A DNA stretch of 64,000 nucleotides from Cenococcum geophilum (Eukaryota): positions 23,436,001 through 23,500,000 of the forward strand of contig CP158635.1 in assembly GCA_050273025.1 (NCBI GenBank). Reading direction: 5' to 3'. Both the position numbers and the translations under genes were made by a program. Under the pieces are notes generated by a model. It saw nothing but the letters and a program-made list of their open reading frames with translations. It was not told where the DNA came from and ran no database searches. Each line of letters begins with the position of its first letter. The first letter of the stretch is position 1. Positions 25,838 to 38,300 of this stretch are shown one piece after another.

Positions 25838-28800
25838 ATAATAATTTATTGCTTAACGTCCGATTCGGATCCCTATTGGGCCCACGCGGACTACTCCTTA
25901 TTTATATATAGGGAGAAAACTCTATTTAAGAAAAATAAGAAAACCCCGTAATCTATCTCCCCGCCTTTTAGAACTCGCCTACTTAGCGCCTACGAGTCGC
26001 CTATAGTGCTCTACTACCTTACTATTTAACCTCCTTAGGAACCACTACTGCCGTAACAAGCCTACGGACGCGCTAGTATTACAAACTATTACTCTACTAC
26101 TGTAGAGTTACTAGGGGGCACCTACTACTCGCCCCCTTACCTTCTATTACCATTTCCCTTGCAACCTAGAACTAATTTAGCACATTTTAACTAATAAGCC
26201 ACTGGGTAACCGCCTTAAGGCCTTTTTATATTAAGAGCAGTGTATTATAGTTCTCTATGCTAGCTGCTAAGAGTATTACTTCTTAATTGGTGCGTAGGGG
26301 GTATAGCAGTATTACGTGTTTTGGTGTCTGTCTTAGCCAGCCATATTCGCATCTTAGGCTACCTACTAGGATACCTACCTAGTAAAGCCAATCTTTTAGT
26401 CCTATTATTCCTATTCTTAAGAGTGTTGCTATTATGTTTTTTGCCTTTATTAGGCCTTCTTAGAGCCCTTAGGTATTTACCCCCTATAGCGTTAACCATA
26501 CTATAGCTTAGGTTCGTCTTACCTAAGTTAACCTCTATACCTTTAACTCCTATTTACCTCTCTAGCGTTAGTCCAACTAGTATTATATTGCGGTAGATAG
26601 TTTCCTAGCGTTTTTACGTGTTCTACTTTAGCTCCTTTCTCTGTTTTACTATTATTTTTGCTAACCTCTTACGCGTCTCCCTTTCTCCTTTATATAGGCC
26701 TAGGCCCTAAAGCGGCACTATTCTTCTTCTACTTTCTTTACCTATTTCTCTAATATCTCTTCCCTACTTTGGGGTTATTGGTTTATTCTCCTATAGGGCA
26801 CCCTAAGGTCCCTTTATAGTTTACTTAGGCGTGTCTTAATATACTTTATAATATTAGAGTTACGTTTATTTTGCGTCCTTTATATTATAGCGGCTTTAAT
26901 ATATAACTATAGGGGGGGAATATTGGATTTCTTCTTAAGTAGTACTATAGCCGTTCGCTTATACCTGCCTATAATACTCCAAAGGTAGGCTATCTAAACC
27001 TTTTAAAGTAGTTTAAGGAGTAATTTAGGGGGGCCCTTCTTAGTTTCTCCAATGGCCTAAATACTAGATCTATATATCATAGTTAGCCGGACAACTGCTG
27101 TATATAGTAGGCGTAACCTCTAGAAGCATAGACCCTATATAGAATTAACAATCCTAGATAAAGTAATAAACTGTGCTTAGCCTTTATAGGCCGCTTACGC
27201 CGTATATACACTCTATTAGAGCTTACTGTCTACCTATACTCCTAATACCCTTAGGCCCTAAACTAGTTAACCCTTAAAGCCTTAGATGCGAATTATATAC
27301 TAGAGATTTATAAATTAGTTGCGTTTTCTTATAAAATGGATTAGCTGGTATTTCTCTAGTAAGAATTGAACTCTATAACGTTTTGCCTATTCTATATAAG
27401 TATTATAGGCTTTTTCTAGTGTTCTGCAATTCTTTGCGGCTATTAGCCCGTATATAATTAGGTTTATATTATTAACGAAGCCTATCCCCTAGGTTGCCCC
27501 TTTCTTAAAGGAGTTAAGCAGGTTGCTTATAAAGAAAAGGAAGAGTATAGGTAAGAGGGGTAATCCTTATAGTATTCCTGTTGCAACTGCGATAGGGGGG
27601 CTTTAGTATCCGCTAAAGACTAGTAATGTTTCTTTCTGGCCTATAAACCCTTAGATAAATTATATAATCTATTTTAAAAAGCCCTTTACCCTAAGGATAT
27701 ATAGGAGACGCTCGTAGGGTATATTATTGTAGGTACCACTAATGTCTAGGCTAAGCATTAATACTATAAAGTCCTTTCGCATCGCCTATGCAGATTTAAT
27801 AGTGGCAGTAAGTAGCGTAAGTGCTAATAGTATTAAGCGGTTCTTTCTTGCCCCTATTTAGCTTTATAGTAGTAGGGCGTATTCCTCTACTATATCTACT
27901 ATGCGTTTCGCTATTACCCTTTCTAAGATCTTATTAAGGGTATTTTTTAAGGCAATAGGGCGGTAGCTTTCTAGGATTAAGTAATTTACTTTACCTTCTT
28001 TTTATAGAATAACTGTTATTATAGATCTTCTAAGTTGTGGGTAGTAGCCTATAGCAAAGTATACTCTAGCTATATCTACAAGCTAAGGTGCTATAAGTAG
28101 CCCATAGGTTTTTAGGGCCTTATTTAGAATCCTATCTAGTCCTAATACTATATTATTTAAAAGGCGGCTAATAGTTCTAGCCATTTCCTCTATTATTATG
28201 TCGCTGTTAACCCATAGGTAAGTTACCGGTGTTTCGCCTATAATATTACTAAGGTCTGCTAAAGCTGGTTAGGGGAAGAACCTTTCTATAAGGATCTTTA
28301 CCTTCTTATTGTTGTTGTTTATAGCCTATAATTCTCCTGCTCTTTATAGGGGTAGTAGGTATAAATCTTCTGCTAGGCGCCCTACCTTTTTTTTTATACT
28401 TATTTTACTATAGCCCAAAGGCCCTTATTATGGGGGAGGCTTAGGTTAGAAGTATACTCGTTTATAAACCGTCTCTAGTTATTCCTTACTTCTTTTTTTA
28501 GGGTATTCTTTAACTGGTTTCTTATGTCTTTATATTATCTCTTATCTTTAGGGTTATAGCTACTTATATATTTCCTTCTTACTTATCGTTAGCTGGTAAT
28601 TAGAACTGCGCATTATATAAACTATACGTGTCGCGCATAGGGGCCCGGTTTTAAGATCGGGCAGTGCTCTTTTAGCCTATTTTTAATCGCTGCCTAAATC
28701 CTTTCTAGTCTTCGGTTAATTTCCTTAGGGGTGGCTAATAAGCCTCGCTCGTTTGGTATTAGGTGGATTTCTTCTAGGTTTTAGAGTTATTATTTAACTA

Positions 28801-31800
28801 CATTAAGGAAACTGTCTGTCTTAAGCTTCCTTATTGCGTATCTTTTTCTATTTAATTACGCTTTAGTATCTAGGTCTAGCTATATCTAGATAAAAATATA
28901 GTCTAGGGTAAGTGCCTATTCTTCTTTAGGGTTACACCTTTTAAGTCTTTGGTATAGGCCTTCGTCCATAAATATAAGGTTAATTGTGCTTCTAGTGGTG
29001 CCTTATTACCATATAATTACTCCTAGGGGGGTAGCTAGCTTAAGGCCCCAGATATTTATAGCTCTTAGTAGGCACTCTAACTATTAATCTATAGTAATAT
29101 GGATACCCTCCCACCGCGGGTAGTGGAGGTTTATGTCTCCTAGTAGAATAAACTCTATACCTTCGGTTTCTAGTAAGCTTATTACCAATATAATATTCTC
29201 TATTTGTAGGACCCCTTTAACCCTAGGGTTATATACATTAATAATTTGTACCGGTCCCCTATATATTTAGATTATTATAACTATAATATTTAGGTTAACT
29301 GCCTGCTATAACTATAAGGATAGGCTAATAGCCTTGCTGATTATAAAGTATACGCGTATAGCTGCTTTTAGTTTGTATAGGAGCTGAAATCCTTAGGGGC
29401 AGTATATTAATTGTGTAAAGGTATTGTAATATGGTTCTTGTATAGTAAGGATATAGTATTTCTCTAGGTCTAAACTGTCTAGTAGGGGCCTTATAAGGTG
29501 GTGGTTTGTGTTGCCGTAGTTATACTATATAATGGATAGGTGGCGGACCCCTAGCGAGGGTCCTTTAACTCTCCTTTATTCCTCGCTTCTTTTATTTCCA
29601 CTTTCTTTAGGATATTTAGAGCTTTTGTCTCTTATGTCTACACCCTAGTTACTACTTATTTTGTATAGAGTTTTTTATTCCCGTATTTTATGTTCCTATT
29701 AGCGCTTTTATATTTAAATCTGTTATTATTACTAGTTTTTTCCCTATTCTTACTAGTCGGCTATATACCCTTTATAGGTCGGCTATAAATATTATATTTG
29801 CCGCATTAAGTTTAATTCTTAATTGTCCTGGTCTTAAGCCTATTGTCGCTGTCTATAGGGGTCTTTCTACGGGGCGTCCTCTTCCTTGTGTCCCCTATAA
29901 CCCTTATATCCCTAATTAGTCTAGTGATGTTATACGGTATCGCTTCTAGCCTATTAAGGCTTAGGTAGGTAGTTATATATTAGTTAGTAATATAGTAAAG
30001 TTTAATATACCTACTTATTTAGGCCTCTACCCTAGTTTTCTAGTGCTTTAATCCCAATCTATAAGTAGTTAGCTGCTACTACTAATTATAGGGAGTTTTA
30101 CTAGTTCTTTTGGATATCTTATAACGGTATTACCTAAGTACCAATTTGCCCCCTAGTAGTCTATATAAGAGTTTCCTCCTAGAGTTAATACGCTTTCGCA
30201 CGGCTTAGGAGCCTTCTATAGCCTCTAGTTTCACACCTTTTTTTATTATTTCCGCCGGCGTGGGTATAAGCTACTGTTTCTAGGGGTTGTAACTCCTATC
30301 TTTGCGCCTACTAACGTAATCCTACGGGGGCGTTATAGCTGCATCCTGTAATATAGTTGGGTATACCTTTTATAAATAGGGCCGAGCTACTGCCTTTCCC
30401 GCCTAAGTAACTCCTGTTTGCTCCTTAAGTATATCTTACTAGCAAGCCGCCCTAGAGGCGAACAGTTCCGTCTATTAATATACTAATATACGCATCTATT
30501 CTCTTAAGCTACGTAGTAATCTCTCTAGCTAGGGTATAATCCTACCTGCCTATTAGGTGCACTAAAGGTTAGAGTTTAGTTAAGGGGTAAGGTCTTTAGA
30601 GCCAGTAGTAGCTATTATATACTACGCTTTATAGGAAGCTAGTAGTAATATAGGGGTATAACACCCTATATACTACTAGTTCCTATTTCGCGTTGCCTAT
30701 AAGAGTCTCCTTATAATAGGCCGACCGTGTCTTATAGGAGGGGGGCCGTAGAGATACTAGGTCCCGCACCAGATAACCTACTCTTCCCCCTCCTACTAAC
30801 TAAGCTTATATCCCCCCTTTTTATAAGCTGGCCTATGTCTCTAACTGTTAAGTCCTTGTCTAACTAGCCTATGTTTCCCCTATAGCCTCCCCTATATATA
30901 TGTATTAGGTTATATATACTACGCCTATTAAGACTCTCCTATAAGTCGCCTTATATATATACGCATTAGGTTGCGTATACTACGCCTATTAAGACCCTCC
31001 TGTGAGTTACCTATGAGTTAACCGTGAGGTGACCGTAAGTTAACTGTAAGTTGGACGCTATGGGGCCGTTAAAGCTGGCCTATGTTTCCGCTACCTAGAA
31101 CTTTGCCCGTGTTTCCACCTTATTAAGCCGTCTGGTCGCCGTCGCGTTACTATTACATCGCCGTCGCGTTGCTGTTACTGTATTAGGTCGCGTGTACTAT
31201 GCCTATTAAGACCCTCTTCTAAGTTACCTAGGTGTAACCGGATACCAGATAGGCCCTTATAGAGGGGCCTTAATGAGTTCTCTAGGTAGGGCCTTAACAA
31301 GTTCTTCGCGGTGGCCTTAGGGCCTTAATAAGTTTCGTATAAAGTATCTATAACGCGTTAACCTTAATAAGTTCTTATAAAAAGAGGATCTCTACGCCCT
31401 TATCGCGTATATTTTACGATCTTAGAGCTAGTGCAAGTCTAAGGGTGTCCTATTATACGCCTAGGACGCGTCTACGTTAACTGGCTAGATAAGGCTAGTT
31501 TCGGGCCTAGCTGCAAGCCAGGTAGTTATATATTGGGCGGTTTTCGTATTCCAGTTTCCCTTAATAGGCCTCCCTAGATGGTAGAACAGGAGCTCTAAGC
31601 GGAGGCAGTAAGGCTCCTGGTATTGTTAAGGGCGATGCTTTACACGCGTCGCGGGCTCATTACCATAGAGTCGAGCGACAGCGCTGCACGCGCTGCGATG
31701 GCTCTCTACCATCGCCTCTGCACTTGGCCATTAAGAGGAATAGGATTCCAGATGATGTTTCCACCCGCGGCGACGTGGACGCGTGTAGTAGGGCTTCGCG

Positions 31801-31803
31801 GGC
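25838..31803 (-). mobile_element. Tad1-like LINE copy 2, with complete ORF2 but a non-homologous 5' region (chimeric)
   Basis: Colinear with copies 1 and 3 through the RT, APE endonuclease and ORF1 C-terminus. TSD AGATAAAGGTAATA at 25824-25837 and 31804-31817. Copia integrase resumes after it. Confidence 0.88.
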
Positions 31804-34800
31804 AGATAAAGGTAATAGCAATTAAGGTTAAGGAAGTCCCTATTAAGGCATATAATAATATTAAAAAAGTGGAGCGATATTACGCGCTATTATACCGCGT
31901 ATATAAGATTATCTCTTTAAAACTAAAGGACGCTAGTAAAAAACTTACCTTATAAATAGCTATTAAAGCTATTAATAATTCCGCTAGCCTAGATAGACTT
32001 ATACCTATATTACTAGTCTTTAGCGCCTACCCTTAAATAACTAATAATTCTTTACTATCTCCCTCTATTATATAATAAGCTAAGGCTATTTATAAGGTAA
32101 TAAAGGAGGTGCGATATCTTTATACTATACGCCAGGTTAATAATATACTAGGAATAAAAAATAGCCTAAATACCTTAACTACGGTTAATCTGCCACTTTA
32201 GTCTAAAGTATATATATAGCGTAAAAAGGGAGAATAGTTAGGCCTACACCAACTTATTATAATTAATAGTTAAATTTATACTATTTAGATGCCTTATAAA
32301 CCCACTTAATTCCGTTTAACTATTATTAAACCCTATTATAAAGATAACAATTTTAAGCCTTTATAGGATACCCTAGAAGATACCCTAAAGGAGAACTATA
32401 ATTAATATACTCTAGAAGGCAACTACAATCCCAATATAATTATAGTAGATACGCTATAACTATGACGCAGTAGAGGTTACCTAAAGGGATTATAAAATCG
32501 CTAATATTTTATTAACTTTAAAGAACAATTTATTACCGCTATTAAGAATAGAGTTAAGTTATTAATAGCCTTTATAACAGCTAAGGAGAAGGCTAACTTT
32601 AAGCTTATAAAATAGCTCTAAAAGGAAGGCTATATTATAACCCTAGAAGTTCCTTTCTAAGCATCTAATAAGTAGGAGATCGACGGTCTTATTATAAGAG
32701 GAGTCTTTAAATTTAAGAAGTATAACCCTACTAAATTTGGTAGGGTTTGTATTTTTAAGTTAAAAATAGTTAATAAGATTAAGGGCAAAGCTACTAACGC
32801 CCTATTTAAGAAATTAAGGCTTATTATCTAAGGTTACAACGATAATAGTAAAGAGATAATTTTTATACAATCTCCTATAATTTAACGAGCTAGTTAGTAA
32901 GTTATTATTATACTAGCTCCCTCCTTAATAAAGAATAGAATAGCAGTTTATTTATAAGATATTACTTAAGCCTATACCTAATTAGAGACGTACCTTTAGC
33001 GCTTAATATTAGCATACCTTCTAGAGTAACTTCGCCACCAGTATCCTAAAGATATAATTATAGTTATACTTAAGCCATTATATAGAATTGTAGAGGTAGG
33101 AACTTACTAGTGGACTACCTATAGTAAGCACTATAAAGAGAAGCTTTTAATAACTACTTCTATATTTAATCCCTACTTTCTTATTATAACTATAGGAACC
33201 CTATTTAGAATTATTGGTATATAAACTAATAATATAATTATCTTAAGAGGCGACTAATTTTTAGCTCTTAAAGAGGATAAGCTAGTAAAGGCAAATTTTA
33301 TAGTAAAGCTAAAAGAAAAGCTTAATTTAATAACACTATTACTCTTTAATAAATGCATCCTCTCCCTAAATAAGGATTTTATTGCTTTACGCTAGAAGGG
33401 TTAAGGTAAAAAGATTAACGTTATTAACGTTAATTCTCTAAAGTAAGGATATATAGAGTAACGTGCTTATAAAGCTTATATTACTTCTATCTATTAACCT
33501 AAGGCTTTATTTAATCTCTTTATTATAGCTTAACACTAGAAACTAACTAAGGATAATATCCTTACCCGAAATAAGCGTCTTTCCTAGTAAATAAACTATC
33601 TTAATTAGGGACTACTCTACGTGCCTATTAATCTTCCTACTGCTAAGCTCTTTATATTTATTAATAGATCGTTTATAAATAATAAAGATTTTAGCTCCTA
33701 ACTAAGATATAAGATTATTATTATAAACGAATCTATTAGAGAGAATAACTTTATAATTTATAGCAATCTTATCTATTAGAGCTTAACTAAGAGTAAGCGC
33801 GTTACTTAAAGCGTTTTAGTGTTAGAGATATACGGAATAGTTAGTGGAGTTAATATAATAATTATAATTGGAATTACCCTAAAGATAATTATAGATCGAC
33901 TTAAACTTCCTATTATCCCTATAATTATATACACCAATTTATACTCCCTCTATAAGTGCCTAGTTAAGCTTAATACTATAAAGGAAAAGCGCCTTATAAT
34001 TAATATTATGGTACTTTAGTAATCCTATAAACGGCAAGAACTCTTTAAGATTTAATAAATTAATGGCTAAAACAACCTAGTAGATATAATAACGAAGGCG
34101 AACCTAAATAAGGCACTAGAGATATTTGTTAATATAAATACTCTATATATATAAGTTAAAGGTTAGGTTAAAAGGGAGTCCTTAGAAATTTCTTAGTTAT
34201 ATAAGGTCTTAAGATATCTAGGAACTTCGACTAGTAGTTAAAGTTGTTTAATTAGTTAGATTCTCTTACTAAGACTTTTTTTTTAGAAGGGGGAGTATAA
34301 TATTTTGCAGACCCTAACTTAACCTAGCTAATTAGGATTTTCTATCCCTGGAATAGAAAATCGCTATTAGCTCGCTTACCGCTAGCGCCTTAGCGGCCCT
34401 ACTAATAAGATACCTACCTATAACTTATAAGTAAGAAAGCACTATATACTAAGAGGCGAATTTTAGGACAGTGAGACTTATATTATAATAGTAATAGTAA
34501 GTAAAAAGGATTAATATTTGTTCCGCTAGTGAAGCGGTATTTATATATAGATAGCAACCATAAAAGAAGAGTTGCTAGTGTTAGGAATAAAGGTAAGTGG
34601 TTACTATATAAGGTATATTACCGTTATATATAGTAAGTTACCGTTACGTGCAGCAAGTTACCGTTACGTATCGCCGCGGCACTAGCGTGGCGAGGAGCCT
34701 TAAGCTCCTTGCCCTCCCTTATAAAAGACATATAGAATAATTATCATACTATCTATAAACCGTAGCTACGTAATATCACCTTATATAACCAACAATAAGT

Positions 34801-35319
34801 CTTACTATTCTAAAAATTGCCCCTTAGCACGTAGAGTTATAGGTAGATATCTTATTAGGAGGGCCGTTAAGACGCTAGTAGTAAGTAAGCTAATAGTGAT
34901 TTTCTATCCTAGGAATAGAAAATCCTAATTAGCTAGTTTAAGTTAGGGTCTATAGAATATTATACTCCTACTCCCTTTTAACTTAACCTTTAACTTATAT
35001 ATATAGAGTATTTATATTAATAAATATCTCTAGTACCTTATTTAGGTTCGCCTTTATTATTATATTTACTAGGTTATTTTAGCTATTAATTTATTAAATT
35101 TTAAAGAGTTCTTAACGCTTATAGAATTATTAAAGTGCTATAATATTAATTATAAGGCGCTTTTTTTTATAGTACTAAGCTTAACTAAATACTTATAAAG
35201 GGAATATAAGTTAGTATATACAATTATAGGGATAATAGGAAGTTTAAATTAATCTATAATTATCTTTAGGGTAGTTTTAATTATAATTACTATATTAACT
35301 CTACTAACTATTTTATATA

Positions 35320-38300
35320 ATAATAATTCATTACTTAACGTCCGATTCGGATCCCTATTGGGCCCACGCGGACTACTCCTTATTTATATATAGGGAGAAA
35401 ACTCAAATTAAGAAAGACTTAACTTAAGAAAACCCCATAATCCATCTCCCCGCCTTTTGGGACTTACCTATAAGGCGCCTACAAGGCGCCTATAAGTCAC
35501 CTATAGTGCTCCTACTACCTTACTTTTTGACCTCCTTAGGAACCACTGCTGCTATAACAAGCCTACGGACGCGCTAGTATTGTATACTTTACTTTACTAC
35601 TATAGAGTTATTAGGGGGCGCCCATTGCTCGCCCCCCCGCCTTCTATTATTATTTCCTTTACAACCTAGAACTGGTTTAGTACATTTTAGCTAATAAGCC
35701 ACTGGGTTACCGCCTTAAGGCCTTTTTATATTAAGAGCAGTATTTTATAGTTCTCTGTGCTAGCCACTAAGAGTATTACTTCTTAGTTAGTGCGTAAGGG
35801 GCATAATAGTATTACGTATTTTAGTATCTGTCTTAGCCAGCTATATTTATATTTTAGGCTACCTACTAGGACACCCACCTAGTAGAGCTAGTCTTTTAGT
35901 CCTATTATTCCTGTTCTTAAGAGTGTTGCTATTATATTTTCTACCTTTATTAGGCCTTCTTAGAGCCCTAAAGTATTTACCCCCTATAGCGTTAACTATG
36001 CTACGGCTTAGGTTTTTCTTGCCTTAGTCAGCCTTTATACCTTTAACTCCTATATACCTTTCTAGCGTTAGTCTAGCTAGTATTGCATTACGGTAGATGG
36101 TTTCCTAGCGTTCTTTTATACTTTACTTTAACTCCTTTCTTTCTCTTACTGTTATCCTTGCTAGCCTCTTATACGTTTCCCTTCCTCCTCTATATAGGCC
36201 TGGGCCCTAAAGCAGTACTATTCTTTTTCTGCTTTCTTTACTTGTTTCTTTAATATATCTTCCCTACTTTAGGGTTATTAGTTTGTTCTCCTATAAGGCG
36301 CCCTAGGGTCCCTCTATAGTTTATTTAGGCATGTCTTAATATACTTTATAATATTAGAGTTGCGTTTCTTTTACGCCCTTTATATTACAGCGGCTTTAAT
36401 ATATAGTTGTAGGGGGGGAATATTAGCTTCCTTCTTAAGCAGTGCTGTGGCCGTTCGCTTATATCCGCCTATAATACTCTAAAGGCAGGCTATTTAGACC
36501 TTTTAGAGTAGTTTAGGGAGTGATTTAGGGGGGCCTTTCTTAGATTCTCTAATGGCCCAGATACTAGACCTATATGTTATAGTTAGCCGGATAACTGCTA
36601 TATATAGTAGGCGTAACCTTTAGAAGTATAGTCCCTATATAAAATTGACGATCCTAGATAATATAATATACTATACTTAGCCCTTATAGGCCGCTTATGC
36701 CGTATATACGCTCTACTAGAGCTTACTGTTTACCTATACTCCTAGTACTCTTAGGCCCTAAACTAGTTAACCCCTAAAGCCTTAGATGTAAATTATATGC
36801 TAGAGATCTATAGATTAGTTACGTTTTCTTATAAAATAGATTAGCTAGTATTTCTCTGGTAAGAATTGGACTCTATATTGTCTTGCCTATTCTATATAGG
36901 TATTATATACTTTCTCTAGTGTTCTATAATTCTCTACGGCTGTTGGCCCGTATATAATTAGGTTTATATTATTAACGAAGCCTATTCCCTAGGTTACCCC
37001 TTTTTTAAAGGAGTTAAGCAGGTTGCTTATAAAGAAAAGGAAGAGTATAGGCGAGAGGGGTAATTCTTATAGTATTTCTGTTATAACTATAATAGGGGAG
37101 CTTTAGTATCCGCTAAAGACTAGTAATATTTTTTTTTAACCTATAAACCCTTAAATAAATTATATAATCTATTCTGGGAAGCCTTTTGCCCTAAGGATAT
37201 ATAGGAGACGCTCGTAGGGTATATTATTGTAGGCGCTACTAATATTTAGGCTGAGTATTAATACTATAAAGTTCCTTCGCATTGCCCATGTAGATTTAAT
37301 AGTGGTAGTAAGTAGCGTAAGTGCTAATAGTATTAAGCGGTTCTTTTTTGCCCCTATTTAGCTTTATAGTAGTAGGGTATATTCCTTAGCCGTATCTGCT
37401 ATACGGTCCGCTATTACCCTTTCTAAGATCTTACTTAGGGTATTCTCTAAGGCAATAGGGCGGTAGCTCCCTAGGAATAAGTAGTCTGCTTTACCTTCTT
37501 TACATAGGATAAACATTATTATAGCTCTTCTAAGTCTTGGGTAGTAGCCTATTATAAAGTATACTTTAGCTATATCCGCAAGCTAAGGTGCTATTAGTAG
37601 TCCACAGGTCTTTAGGGCTTTATTTAGGATTCTATCTAGTCCTAGTGCTATATTATTTAAAAGGCGGCTAATAGTTCTGGCTATTTCTTCGGTTATTATA
37701 TCGCTGTTAACCCTTAGGTAAGTTACCGGTGCTTCGCCCGTGATATTACTAAGGTCTACTAAAGCTGGTTAAGGGAAAAATCTTTCTATAAGGATCTTTA
37801 CCTTCTTATTATTGTTACTTATAGCTAGTAATTTACCTAGTCTTCGCAGGGGTAGAAGGTATGGGTCTTCTACTAGACATCCCGCCTTTCTCTTTACCTA
37901 TTTCGCTATCTTTTAAAGACCTTTGTTATAGGGGAGGCTTAGGTTAATAGTATGCTTATTTATAAACTATCTCCAGCTATTCCTTACTTCTTTTTTTAGG
38001 GTATTCTTTAGCTGGTTTCTTATATCTTTGTATTATCTCTCGTCTTTGGGATTATAGCTATTTATATATTTTCTTTTTACTCGTCGTTAGCTGGTAATAA
38101 GAATTGCGTATTATACGGACTATGCGTGTCGCGTATAGGGGCCCGGTTTTAAGACTGGGTAGTACTCTTTTAGCCTATTTTTAATTGCTACCTAGATCCT
38201 TTCTAGTCTTCGGTTGATTTCCTTAGGGGTAGCTAATAAGCCTCGCTTGTTTAGTATTAGGTAGATTTCTTCTAGGTCTTAAAGTTATTATTTAACTATG

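Larger units (their letters stand above)
19849..34794 (+). mobile_element. Full-length Copia LTR retrotransposon copy A, interrupted by two LINEs
   Basis: LTRs 19849-20044 and 34579-34794 (TGTT...AACA). 5-bp TSD ATAAG at 19844-19848 and 34795-34799. Domain order gag-protease(LDIGA)-integrase-RT(G.QTDD-like)-RNase H (KEKRLIINI) is Copia-type. Confidence 0.92.

Noticed and set aside
31623..31955. 110-aa plus-strand ORF as a novel gene
   Set aside because: It is a junction artefact: antisense LINE 5' end running into the Copia A integrase frame.
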